Of a DNA stretch of 64,000 bases, positions 28,019 to 37,618 are shown piece after piece. The DNA lies in NCBI GenBank assembly GCA_038845265.1, contig JAWBQR010000001.1, positions 104,081-168,080 of the forward strand. Direction: 5' to 3'. Source of the DNA: Nitrososphaerota archaeon. GTDB taxonomy: Archaea; Thermoproteota; Nitrososphaeria_A; Caldarchaeales; Calditenuaceae. The notes beneath the pieces were generated by a model. That model did not search any database. It was given only the letters and a program-made list of their open reading frames with translations, and was not told the origin of the DNA. Position 1 is the first letter of the stretch, and every line of letters starts with the position of its first letter. A program made the position numbers and the translations under genes.

Positions 28019-29476
28019 ATGGACATTGGTGCTTCTCAGTTATTTTCAGCGGCTCAAAGAGCATCAGAAATTATTAAGAAGCATGTACTGGAGGGTGCCA
28101 ACATATTGGTCGTTGGGCATAATGATGCCGACGCCCTCTCCTCAATCGGAATAGTATGTGGCTCCCTCAGTCTACTTGATGCATATGTGACTGCGAGGAG
28201 CGTCGCAAGAATAGATGAGTTTGTAGAGTCAAACATAGAGAATTACGACTTGATAGTCTTTGTAGACTTGGGCAGTGGTTACTTGTCCGACCTGAAGTCC
28301 AAGATCTCGAGGGGCGACGTAATAATTATTGACCATCATAGACCTTCTGAACTCGATATTCCGAGTAATTGGTTTCATGTCAATCCGCACTTGTTCGGAA
28401 TAGATGGAATGACTGAGATCAGCGCCTCGGGGCTATCATACCTAGTATCTAGGCATCTTCACCCAGAGGCTGTAAAGTACTCAGCGATGGCAATAGTCGG
28501 AGCACTCGGGGACCTGCAGGACAAAAATGGTGAGAGAAGGCTGAGGGGAATAAACGAGTTTATCGTCAACGAGGCAAAGGAGGCCGGAGTTATAAGCATG
28601 AGTGAGGACTTAATTCTATATGGCCGGAGCTTCCGTGGAGTCCATCACGCATTGGCGAGTACTTACAGCCCATTCATACCTGGGCTCTCTGGAGATGAGG
28701 CTGCTTGCCTCAGCCTAGTAATCTCATGCGGCATAGAGATTAGGAAGGGAGACCAGTGGAGAACACTCGCGGACCTATCCGAAGACGAGAAGAAGAGGCT
28801 CTACAACGGAATCATTGGGCACCTAGCGACGCATGGCTATCCATCGTCAATCGCCTCAGAACTCATTGGGACAGTATACGAAATTAATGGAGAAGAGGCA
28901 TGGACATATACGAGAGATGCGCGGGAGTTCGCTACTCTATTGAACTCCACGGGAAAGACCAATAAGGCATGGGTCGGGATCGCACTGGCCATGGGAGTTA
29001 GGGGATGGGTATTAGAGGAGGCGAATAGGTTGCTCGAGGAGTATAGAAAATCCATAGCCAGGGCGATTAACTACGTCACTACTCCTGGCGCACTCGAGCA
29101 GATGCACCACATAGTCATACTAAGGGGTGGAACAGAGGTCGATCCTAGACAGATAAGCTCGATCGCATCGATTCTCTCCTCCTCGCAGCTTCTGCCCCAA
29201 GATAAGCCATTGATTGCGATTGCGCAGGAGGGAGGATTGGTAAAGGTCTCTGCAAGGGCGAGCAGCAAGCTCGTAGACATTGGACTAGACCTCGGAGAAA
29301 TAATGAGGAGGGCCGCAGAGATGTATGGAGGCAAGGGTGGAGGACATAGAGTGGCCGCAGGAGCAGAGATAGCGGCGGATAGGCTGACGCTATTTTTACT
29401 GGAGGTAGATAAGCTCGTGGGCATGCATATGAGGGATGCCGGGCTTCCAGCGCAGTCAACCCTCGACGAGGCATGA
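28019..29476 (+). CDS. DHH/DHHA1 phosphoesterase (RecJ/GAN-like)
   Basis: HNDAD, DLGSG, IDHH, GDLQD, GGGHRVAAGA. Confidence 0.92.
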   Translation: MDIGASQLFSAAQRASEIIKKHVLEGANILVVGHNDADALSSIGIVCGSLSLLDAYVTARSVARIDEFVESNIENYDLIVFVDLGSGYLSDLKSKISRGDVIIIDHHRPSELDIPSNWFHVNPHLFGIDGMTEISASGLSYLVSRHLHPEAVKYSAMAIVGALGDLQDKNGERRLRGINEFIVNEAKEAGVISMSEDLILYGRSFRGVHHALASTYSPFIPGLSGDEAACLSLVISCGIEIRKGDQWRTLADLSEDEKKRLYNGIIGHLATHGYPSSIASELIGTVYEINGEEAWTYTRDAREFATLLNSTGKTNKAWVGIALAMGVRGWVLEEANRLLEEYRKSIARAINYVTTPGALEQMHHIVILRGGTEVDPRQISSIASILSSSQLLPQDKPLIAIAQEGGLVKVSARASSKLVDIGLDLGEIMRRAAEMYGGKGGGHRVAAGAEIAADRLTLFLLEVDKLVGMHMRDAGLPAQSTLDEA

Positions 29477-29727
29477 AGATCTCTGCTACAATAATGATTA
29501 AGTTCTGCGATGAGAGTGAGGCAGCATCTGTGCTCAAAGCGGTTGAGCCGGACAACTCGCCACTTCCGCCTGGACTAAGGATAGAGACTAGGCAGGAGGG
29601 ATCAACAATTTCCTTCGAGATTATCTGTGAGAGAGGGCCTGAGTCTCTCCTCTCCACGGTCGATGACCTATTGGCGGCCATTCAGCTCGCTGAGAAGACC
29701 ATCTGCAGGAGGATCGCTAAGGTATAA
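29473..29727 (+). CDS. pcc1: KEOPS complex subunit Pcc1
   Basis: AVEPDN, SLLSTVDDLL; sits between the DHH gene and rps3ae. Confidence 0.85.
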   Translation: MKISATIMIKFCDESEAASVLKAVEPDNSPLPPGLRIETRQEGSTISFEIICERGPESLLSTVDDLLAAIQLAEKTICRRIAKV

Positions 29728-29760
29728 AGCATCCCTAAGACGGAGATTCTTGATAAGGAT

Positions 29761-30393
29761 ATGTCGAAAAAGGCAGAGCGGAGCAGGGCGCCGAAGTCTC
29801 TCTACTTGATTAGGGCGCCGAGCTATTTCGGCAACAAGGAGATAGGCACGACCCTATGCGACGACCCAGCAAAGCTCATTGGACGCACGGTAAAGGTCAG
29901 CCTCTACAACCTCACCGACGACTTCAGCAAGCAGTACATGATTATCAGGTTTAAGATAATTAGGGTTGATGGAAGCGAGGCCCACACAGTCTTCTATGGA
30001 CACGAATATGGAAGAGAATTTCTTAGAAGCCTAGTCAGAAGGGGAACGTCACGGATCGATGGTTACTACAACCTTAAGACTCTGGACAACGTAGCGATGA
30101 GGGTTCAGGGAACAGTCTTCACAGTTAAGAGAGAGACATCGGGGAAAAAACGCATAATTAGACGCATAATGAAGGAGGTACTCGAGGCTTCCTCCTCTAA
30201 GCTGACGCTTGACCAGTTTGCCCAGGAGCTCGTGCTTGGAAAGACAGCATCAGACATCTATAACTCTGTCAAGAAGATACTGCTTCCAAGACACGTAGGA
30301 ATCGTAAAATCAAAGGTATTATCGCTTCCGCAAGATGTCCTAAAAGAGATGCCTAAGACAGAGATAGCTGAGACCACAGAGAATAGTGGATGA
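29761..30393 (+). CDS. rps3ae: 30S ribosomal protein S3Ae (eS1)
   Basis: APSYFG, IGRTV, LRSLVRRGTSRID. Confidence 0.95.
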   Translation: MSKKAERSRAPKSLYLIRAPSYFGNKEIGTTLCDDPAKLIGRTVKVSLYNLTDDFSKQYMIIRFKIIRVDGSEAHTVFYGHEYGREFLRSLVRRGTSRIDGYYNLKTLDNVAMRVQGTVFTVKRETSGKKRIIRRIMKEVLEASSSKLTLDQFAQELVLGKTASDIYNSVKKILLPRHVGIVKSKVLSLPQDVLKEMPKTEIAETTENSG

Positions 30394-30405
30394 ATGATTA
30401 GGGAT

Positions 30406-30765
30406 TTATCTTCGTAAATGTCTGCTGCTATATTTTCTTAAGTAGTATCCTTCCTCCTTCATTGGGCCGAAGCTTCTCACGCCCAGGTTCTTAACCTGGT
30501 CTCTCAGCTCCTGGGATAGCTTACCATCTATCTCTCCCCTCTCTTCTAGGTATTTAATGACCTCCAGCGCTTCCTCGTCGTTGCTGCATCTTCTGAGATA
30601 GTCGATTGGTCCCGGGGTATAGCTTTCTGGAATGGTCTGAGCCTCTCGCTCAGCCTCTTCAACATCAAGCCTGACTGAGTCTATCCTAACCGACATGTCC
30701 TGCCTCAATATTTCTCGGTAGAGTCTTGGGAAAAGCTTCTTGAAGTCTCTTAGATCCCACTCCGT
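30406..30765 (-). CDS. DUF2095-family protein (probable ACG start)
   Basis: YTPGPIDYLRRC, GVRSFGPMKEEGYY; N-terminal EWDLRDFKKLFPRLYREI lies upstream of the ORF-track start. Confidence 0.8.
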   Translation of the reverse strand, partial: TEWDLRDFKKLFPRLYREILRQDMSVRIDSVRLDVEEAEREAQTIPESYTPGPIDYLRRCSNDEEALEVIKYLEERGEIDGKLSQELRDQVKNLGVRSFGPMKEEGYYLRKYSSRHLRR

Positions 30766-30858
30766 CGCCTATCCCACCCAGTGATTATAATAGGCACTCT
30801 CAATAAATGTCTTTCCATCTGTATAATCTTTTTAGGTGGCATGCATGTTGGATTATTA

Positions 30859-31554
30859 ATGAATTTTGACATTAAGCATAGGCCATCATATGCATTGCTT
30901 GAGGTTAAGCTTGAGCCCAATGAGTCGATAAGAGCTGAGGCAGGAGCCATGACCTACATGTCTCCGAACATTGATGTAAGAACGGTGATGCGGGAGTCGA
31001 GCTTCATAGAGACGCTGGGGCTGAAGCTCCTGGGTGGCCAGTCATTCTTCGTCAATGAATACGCCGCGAAATATTCATCTGGAGTCGTGGGGCTTGTCTC
31101 TGCGCCTCTAGGAGACATCGCGCATCTAGTGGTCTCGGATGGGAGAGGCTTCATTATCCAGAAGTCTGCATACGTTGCTTCCAGCCCTACAATAGACCTA
31201 GATATTAAGTGGCAGGGATTCACGAGGGGAATATTTGGACAGGGGCTCTTCATGATAAAGGTGACTGGGAGAGGAGACCTATTTATCAACACTTTCGGAG
31301 CGATCGAGAAGAAGACCCTAGTGCCGGGAGAGGAGCTCATCGTCGATAACTTCCATGTAGCGGCATTCTCAGAGACATGTAGATACGAGGTGAAGAAATT
31401 CGGGGGACTCAAATCGACACTGCTTGGCGGCGAGGGGCTTGTCTTGAGAGTGACAGGCCCAGGCGATGTATACATCCAGACGAAGAACCCGGCAGAGTTC
31501 GCGGAGTGGCTCTGGGTGCTCCTTGAGCCATACGTCAGGTCTCGTTCAAGATAA
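30859..31554 (+). CDS. TIGR00266/AIM24 family protein
   Basis: RAEAGAM, LGGQSFFVN, LLGGEGLV...GPG. Confidence 0.9.
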   Translation: MNFDIKHRPSYALLEVKLEPNESIRAEAGAMTYMSPNIDVRTVMRESSFIETLGLKLLGGQSFFVNEYAAKYSSGVVGLVSAPLGDIAHLVVSDGRGFIIQKSAYVASSPTIDLDIKWQGFTRGIFGQGLFMIKVTGRGDLFINTFGAIEKKTLVPGEELIVDNFHVAAFSETCRYEVKKFGGLKSTLLGGEGLVLRVTGPGDVYIQTKNPAEFAEWLWVLLEPYVRSRSR

Positions 31555-31573
31555 ATTCAAAACGAGTTTCGAC

Positions 31574-32167
31574 ATGAACAGGTCGGAGCTGATAGCTGGG
31601 TGCTGCGGCATAATCAGCCCAGTGCTTGGGATCGGTCTTGTATTGATCGCGACGACACTCTCAGGAAGATTTAGCTGGGAGAGGAATGCTCTCAGCGATC
31701 TCGGGGTGGCCGAGCCAGCAGCCGCGATGCTCTTCAACAGCTCGCTCATACTGGCCGGCGTACTCTTCCTATGCTTCGTATACGGACTCCTGAAACAAGT
31801 CAGCGATGACAAGAAATACAGGTCTGGGCTGGCCTTTCTTCTCGCGGGGGGAGTGTCGCTGATTTTTATCGGCATCTTCACCGAGCACTATGGAGTGCTT
31901 CACTTCATCTTCTCCGCGGGATACTTCATCCTCACCCCCATCGGCATCATTTTGATCGGGGCGTCGCGCCCCTCTAGGCTGGTCAGCCAGAGAGTCAGAA
32001 TAATAAGCATAATAGAGGGATCATCGTCATTGTTTGTAATCACAGTGGCTTATCTACTCCTCAACTCGGTTGGGTTGAGAGTGGGCTTCGCGGTCCCAGA
32101 GTTAGCGGCATCACTCATAATCTCATTCTGGGTAATCATGATTGCAGCGAGGCTTATCAGACATTGA
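31574..32167 (+). CDS. DUF998-like membrane protein
   Basis: FSWERNALSDLG, FNSSLILAG, IGIF, PE. Confidence 0.8.
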   Translation: MNRSELIAGCCGIISPVLGIGLVLIATTLSGRFSWERNALSDLGVAEPAAAMLFNSSLILAGVLFLCFVYGLLKQVSDDKKYRSGLAFLLAGGVSLIFIGIFTEHYGVLHFIFSAGYFILTPIGIILIGASRPSRLVSQRVRIISIIEGSSSLFVITVAYLLLNSVGLRVGFAVPELAASLIISFWVIMIAARLIRH

Positions 32168-32225
32168 CAGGATTATTCTAAAAAATTAATTACTCTATGA
32201 TTAATGATTTATTTCTGGATGAATC

Positions 32226-33026
32226 ATGGCTCGGAGAATCGTTGGTCTCCTGACTGATTATGGAGTGATTGATACATATGTAGGAGAATTGAAGGCGGCA
32301 CTGCTCTCGAGGAACCCTGAACTCACAATTGTGGACATTACGCATTCTGTCAGTCCATTCAATATTCTTGAGGGCGCCTTTCTCCTCTATCTATCCTATC
32401 GCCACTTTCCAGTTGATACGATCTTTCTCGTGGTTGTAGACCCAGGCGTCGGAACGGTTAGGAGGGGAGTTGCCTTGAAGACAGATAGATACTGGTTCGT
32501 CGCTCCCGACAATGGAGTTGCATATCCCGCGGCATACGAGGATAGGATAATATCCACCTACATGATAGACCAATCCAGGCTCAGAACATATGGAGGAGAA
32601 ACATTTCACGGAAGAGATATCTTCGCACCAGTGGCAGCAATGATCTCTATGGGTGAACTAGACTTATTGATCGAGATAGACCCGAACAGCCTCGTCAAGC
32701 TTCAGCTCCCCTCGCCCATCATTAATAAAAATGAGATAGAGGCGACCATACTTCATGTCGATAACTTCGGAAACGCAGTGCTAAATGTTTCGCGGAAGAG
32801 TTTTGGACACCTCATCGATAGACTGGTAGGAGAAACAATTGATGTATCCATTGGCCGTAGGAGATATAGGGCTAGACTCGTTGAGGCATATGGAGACGAA
32901 AAGAGGAGCAGAGTCGTCGCTCTCTGGGGAGGGACAGGGTTCCTCGAGGTCTCAGTGGTGGAGGGAAGCTTCGCTAAGAGAAGCGGAGCAAAACCAGGAA
33001 TGAGAATGAAGATTAGGTGGCACTAG
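32226..33026 (+). CDS. SAM hydroxide adenosyltransferase (SAM hydrolase, DUF62/chlorinase family)
   Basis: [29 protein letters not shown]. Confidence 0.92.
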   Translation: MARRIVGLLTDYGVIDTYVGELKAALLSRNPELTIVDITHSVSPFNILEGAFLLYLSYRHFPVDTIFLVVVDPGVGTVRRGVALKTDRYWFVAPDNGVAYPAAYEDRIISTYMIDQSRLRTYGGETFHGRDIFAPVAAMISMGELDLLIEIDPNSLVKLQLPSPIINKNEIEATILHVDNFGNAVLNVSRKSFGHLIDRLVGETIDVSIGRRRYRARLVEAYGDEKRSRVVALWGGTGFLEVSVVEGSFAKRSGAKPGMRMKIRWH

Positions 33027-34801
33027 CCTGCGACTGCCTCTATCGGCAGTGACTCAAATTCTTTGACCATGGCCTCCCTCAGCTGCTTAAGCCTCTCAAC
33101 CTCTGTATTCTTGACTTCATACCTCGCCCTAAGAATATCAGGTATAATCTTCATGGCCCTTATGCGGTCTATGCTCACCCCTCTCCTCAGCGCCGCCTCT
33201 GCTAACTCGTAGAATTCCACGAATATCCTCATCAATTCGTACTGCTTCTCTGGGCTACAGTAAGAGTCGACCTCGTCATAGGCGCTCTGCTGTAGATATC
33301 CCTCCCTGATCATGCGGGCCGCATCGAGTACCAGTTTTTCCTCATCTGCAAGCGACTCAGGCCCGAGAAGCCTAACAATCTCGAGCAGCTCATCCTCCCT
33401 CCTAAGTATCTGGTATAGCTTTGTCCTCAATATGTGCCAGTCCTTCGCAACCTTCTCAACCCACCATGACTTCACCGTATCGACATATGCAGAATAGCTC
33501 TGAATCCAGTTGATTGCTGGATAATGCCTCGTATAAGCGAGGTTTGCATCGAGGGCCCAAAAGACCCTGACGAATCTAAGGGTATGCGTCGTCACCGGCT
33601 CGGTAAAGTCTCCTCCCGGAGGCGAGACAGCACCGACTAGAGTCATACTGCCTATTCTCTCTGGCTTTCCCAGGACGACGACTCTTCCAGCCCTCTCGTA
33701 GAACTCTGCAAGCCTACTTGCCAAGTAGCTTGGGTACCCTTCCTCAGCCGGCATCTCCTCTAGCCTGCCACTTATCTCCCTCAGCGCCTCGGCCCACCTG
33801 CTCGTTGAGTCTGCAACGAGCAGTACATCATAGCCCATGTCTCTGTAGAACTCAGCTATTGAAGCCCCCGTATAGATGCTGGCCTCCCTCGCCGCTACTG
33901 GCATATTGCTAGTATTCGCGATGAGGACTGTTCTCTCCATCAACGGCCTGCCTGAGCGAGGATCAACAAGTTTGGGGAAGCCAGTCAACACCTCGGCCTC
34001 CTCGTTGCCCCTCTCCCCACAGCCAATGTGTAGAATCACTTGAGCATCGCTCCACTTAGAAAGCTGGTGAAGAGTCACGGTTTTGCCAGTGCCGAAGGCC
34101 CCTGGTATGCATCCAGTCCCTCCCTTAGCCATCGGGAAAAGTGTATCAAGAACTCTCTGACCAGTAATTAGCGGTATGACTGGATCGAGCCTGCTCTTAA
34201 ATGGCCTAGGAGTCCTAACCGGCCACCTATGATGCAGCATAACTTTCTCAACTCTTCCGTCCGTTGAGATCTCTGCTACGACGTCCTCAACACTGTAGTC
34301 GCCCTCATCGGCTATGTATTTAACCTCGCCCGGCGGATAGTTCGGAGGCACCATTATCTTGCATTTTACCAGAGGCGTCTCCTGCACCTCGCCCAGAATT
34401 GTGCCGGGCTCAACTCTTACTCCTCTTTTGACCAGAGGCATGAATCTCCACTTATTCTCGACTGGGAGTGAAGGTACCGATATTCCTCGCCTGACGAACG
34501 GGCCTACCGCTAAGGCTATTCTGTCAAGGGGTCTCTGGACACCGTCGTAGACGCTCCCAATCATTCCTGGACCAAGCGTGACTGAAAGCGGCTGCCCAGT
34601 ACCAATCACGGGCTCTCCTGGAGAGAGGCCTGAAGTGTTCTCGTATACTTGGATGAAGGCTGTGTCTCCTGTCAGCCGTATGACCTCGCCTATCAGCCTC
34701 TCCCTGCCGACATATACCATCTCATACATCTTTGCACCCATCATTCCATCAGCCTTGACGGCCGGCCCCGCTATCCAGATTATCTTTCCCTTAACCGCCA
34801 T
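33023..34801 (-). CDS. atpA: A/V-type ATP synthase subunit A
   Basis: [26 protein letters not shown]; no intein. Confidence 0.97.
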   Translation of the reverse strand: MAVKGKIIWIAGPAVKADGMMGAKMYEMVYVGRERLIGEVIRLTGDTAFIQVYENTSGLSPGEPVIGTGQPLSVTLGPGMIGSVYDGVQRPLDRIALAVGPFVRRGISVPSLPVENKWRFMPLVKRGVRVEPGTILGEVQETPLVKCKIMVPPNYPPGEVKYIADEGDYSVEDVVAEISTDGRVEKVMLHHRWPVRTPRPFKSRLDPVIPLITGQRVLDTLFPMAKGGTGCIPGAFGTGKTVTLHQLSKWSDAQVILHIGCGERGNEEAEVLTGFPKLVDPRSGRPLMERTVLIANTSNMPVAAREASIYTGASIAEFYRDMGYDVLLVADSTSRWAEALREISGRLEEMPAEEGYPSYLASRLAEFYERAGRVVVLGKPERIGSMTLVGAVSPPGGDFTEPVTTHTLRFVRVFWALDANLAYTRHYPAINWIQSYSAYVDTVKSWWVEKVAKDWHILRTKLYQILRREDELLEIVRLLGPESLADEEKLVLDAARMIREGYLQQSAYDEVDSYCSPEKQYELMRIFVEFYELAEAALRRGVSIDRIRAMKIIPDILRARYEVKNTEVERLKQLREAMVKEFESLPIEAVAG

Positions 34802-34856
34802 AGGTCAATCTCATAATGCTTAGCCATCTAAAAACCCTTCAACCCCATAGCCGAGA

Positions 34857-35594
34857 CTACACTATAAGTGTATAGATCTTGTACGTTGTGACAATTACGA
34901 TGAGTAGACCAAATATCTGTCTCAGCCTACTGCTTGAGACACGCGAGCTTGTCAACTTTGCGCCCGCAAAGGACCCAATAGCACCCAGAATCACTAGCGG
35001 AGCCATGAGCCCGGTATCCCACTTGGCCGCGCCGAGATGAGGAATCAGTGAGGAGAATGATGGAGGAGTGACTGCGAATGCGTTGATTCCTGCGGCCTTC
35101 TTTGGATCATGTCCAAGAATAACAAGCGTCGGCATTAGAAGGAATCCGGGACCTACGCCTAGGAATCCGCTCAGGACCGATATCGGAACGGCCAAAACGA
35201 CCGCCAACCCAAAGTTTTCATTCTCTAGAGATTCTTTTGCAGGCCTAAACAACCGGTATGTTAGGTATATGACGGCCGTGAAGTAGAGCAGCCAGACGTA
35301 TCTTTGCTCGACGAACTGGACGAGGAGAGCACCAACCGGAGCCGAGACAGTCGTCACCACTGCCAGCATCGTTGCCTTCCTCCAATCCACTAAACCACTT
35401 CTAGCAAAGCCAATCGTAGCAAGAAGAGCCGTGACTCCGTTCAGGAGCAGGCTCAGCGGCTGCACCTGATGAACCAGGTCTGTCATGAATAGGCCTAGGA
35501 ACGGGATCGCTGCGAATGCTACGCCGAGGCCAAGCATGCCCGAAACGAGTGAGAGCACAAAGATTCCGGCAAAAATCAGAAGAGAATCAATCAT
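34857..35594 (-). CDS. TauE/SafE (sulfite exporter) family membrane protein
   Basis: SGMLGLG and SGFLGVGPG repeats, about 8 TM segments. Confidence 0.85.
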   Translation of the reverse strand: MIDSLLIFAGIFVLSLVSGMLGLGVAFAAIPFLGLFMTDLVHQVQPLSLLLNGVTALLATIGFARSGLVDWRKATMLAVVTTVSAPVGALLVQFVEQRYVWLLYFTAVIYLTYRLFRPAKESLENENFGLAVVLAVPISVLSGFLGVGPGFLLMPTLVILGHDPKKAAGINAFAVTPPSFSSLIPHLGAAKWDTGLMAPLVILGAIGSFAGAKLTSSRVSSSRLRQIFGLLIVIVTTYKIYTLIV

Positions 35595-35649
35595 ATTTAT
35601 CCCCCCTTAAAACAAAGAAATAACACCTTACTCAGCCCTTGTTTTTAGT

Positions 35650-36252
35650 CTAAGTCATCAATTCTTTGATGATCATTGTGCGTATCTCGCTTCTCAATCT
35701 TTCTAGGCGGGCCTCGATTGTGTTGTCGAGCTGGACAGTGCCTTCCTTATTCATGATTCTTATTCCTCCGATGGTCTTAAGGGAAACTGGCTCGATGCTG
35801 AATTCTACGTTCAATTCCCTCGTGATTCTCTCCGCCACTCTCGCAACTCGCTCCCTATCGTCCTCGCTGCAGGTTATCCTGAAGCTCCTACCACCTATCG
35901 CCTCGACCGCTCCTCTCATCAGGACCTCTAGGGATTTCTCATACGTCTCCGAGTTCTTTAATTCTTTGACCCTCTCGATTGATTCCTTGATGACGCTTTC
36001 CACCAATTCCTCGATTGCCTGGAGATATCTCCTCTTCGCATCTAGCTCTGCCTGACCGATTCTCTTGACGGCCTCTATCCTCGCCTCCCTAGCAATGATT
36101 GTTAGCTCGTTCTTCAGCCTCTCCATCGTCTCTGATTTGTGTTGCCTAAGCCTGCTGAGCCCCTCCTCCAGCGCCTGGTCAATTGATTTCTCGCATTGGC
36201 TGAATGCTTCGCTCACGACCTCCCTAATAAGCTCCTCGAGGCTCATCGACAA
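35650..36252 (-). CDS. atpE: A/V-type ATP synthase subunit E
   Basis: Coiled-coil N-terminus, IGGI...LDNTIEARL. Confidence 0.9.
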   Translation of the reverse strand: MSMSLEELIREVVSEAFSQCEKSIDQALEEGLSRLRQHKSETMERLKNELTIIAREARIEAVKRIGQAELDAKRRYLQAIEELVESVIKESIERVKELKNSETYEKSLEVLMRGAVEAIGGRSFRITCSEDDRERVARVAERITRELNVEFSIEPVSLKTIGGIRIMNKEGTVQLDNTIEARLERLRSEIRTMIIKELMT

Positions 36253-36288
36253 TTCTTCTTCACTCTCCAGTTATCTCTTCATGCTGAT

Positions 36289-36585
36289 TCATATACCTAG
36301 AACCTGCCTCATGATTGCTCTATAGTCGACCCGCCTGACCTCTGAGCCCGGAGCTGGTATCTGATAGATGATTGGGACCGTCAGCCTGGACCTAAGCTCG
36401 TTTAGCCTCTTTGAGAATTCTTCACCATATTCATCGCTCACGAGTAGCATGCCTATCTCCGGGTTCTGGATGAGCTTATTGACGGCCCTAGTCGCCTCCT
36501 CAACAGTCTCCGCCACCACTCCACCCACACCTGCCAGTCTAAGCGTGTTGACGAAGACTCTACCACCGACCGCTACCACCCTCAA
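36289..36585 (-). CDS. atpF: A/V-type ATP synthase subunit F
   Basis: MRVVAVG, LRLAGV, C-terminal RQVLGI. Confidence 0.9.
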   Translation of the reverse strand: MRVVAVGGRVFVNTLRLAGVGGVVAETVEEATRAVNKLIQNPEIGMLLVSDEYGEEFSKRLNELRSRLTVPIIYQIPAPGSEVRRVDYRAIMRQVLGI

Positions 36586-36648
36586 ACCACAAAACTAAAC
36601 AACGCCTTTACTTTTATAACTATCCTCATACTCATTGTTGAAGTGGTG

Positions 36649-36720
36649 GGGCCGGTAGATCAGTGGTAGATCGCCCGCCTCGCACGCGGGAGGCCGCGGG
36701 TTCGAATCCCGCCCGGTCCA
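36649..36720 (+). tRNA. tRNA-Ala(CGC)
   Basis: GGGCCGG/CCGGTCC stem with G3:U70, anticodon arm CCCGC-CTCGCAC-GCGGG. Confidence 0.95.
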
Positions 36721-36983
36721 TTCATTATCTTTTTTATGTTTCGAATCGCCTACGCTGTTTAGATACCGTAAAGCACTACAGTATCGTTAAAAAGTAATAA
36801 ATCAAAATATCACTAAAGAGTTATCTATCTCTCAAGTGTTTTTACAAAATTTGTCCGTTAATTACGTTGAATTTCGGTAAACATTTTCTAAGCGATATTC
36901 CTGGCAATCCTGATTTATTTTAGACCGACAGTCGTTGCTCTGATTTAAAACTTAATATCCTACATTATGAATCATATTAATTT

Positions 36984-37580
36984 GTGAAGCCTTTACCGAT
37001 ATTTATTGCTGTGTTTCTCGTTGTAGGGTTTATTTTGGGCTTTACTTTAGGCTCACTGGCGAGTTTATCCACTAAAACTGTGACTGTTTTCGGCGGAACT
37101 ATTGAGACCGAGACTTTGACGAGTTACACATTTGTAGAGAAAGTCGTAACCTTGACTAAGCCTACGACTATTGTTTCTTTGAGTGAAAAAACCATTATAA
37201 ATACGATAACTATGACGGTCACCAAAACATTCTATAAGACTGATAGAAGCATCAATGCATCCTGTATTGTCTTCAGGACTAGCAAAGATGTTTACAAGAT
37301 GTCTGAGGAGGTCATAATAGTTTTGAAGAATAATTGTAATTATGCCCTAGTTCTACCCAATTCAGCTCCGTGGGTGGTAACCGACGCTGATGGCAGGGTT
37401 GTTTACTCTCCGATAGCATTACAAGTTATTAGAGAGGTTAGTCCCGGCGGCGAGCTTAAGTGGGTCTGGGAGCAAAGAGATAATGGGGGCGGGCAAGTCC
37501 CGCTTGGAACATACTATGCAAGAATTTTTACGTTAAATGGTGGTGTGTTTGTAGTCGAGTTTAAGATAATTGAGGTCTAA
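36984..37580 (+). CDS. Membrane-anchored protein with Thr-rich stalk and BsuPI-like (Ig-like proteinase inhibitor) domain
   Basis: N-terminal TM, Thr-rich linker, LKNN...DADGRVVY...SPGGELKWVW...PLGTY pattern. Confidence 0.6.
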   Translation: MKPLPIFIAVFLVVGFILGFTLGSLASLSTKTVTVFGGTIETETLTSYTFVEKVVTLTKPTTIVSLSEKTIINTITMTVTKTFYKTDRSINASCIVFRTSKDVYKMSEEVIIVLKNNCNYALVLPNSAPWVVTDADGRVVYSPIALQVIREVSPGGELKWVWEQRDNGGGQVPLGTYYARIFTLNGGVFVVEFKIIEV

Positions 37581-37618
37581 AAGATAAAAAATAAGGAGTG
37601 GATAAAATAATGGATGTT

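Noticed and set aside
36740-36747. TTCGAATC echo of the tRNA-Ala T-loop as an att remnant
   Set aside because: Only 8 nt, 20 nt from the tRNA, with no matching repeat at the far end of the island and no integrase.
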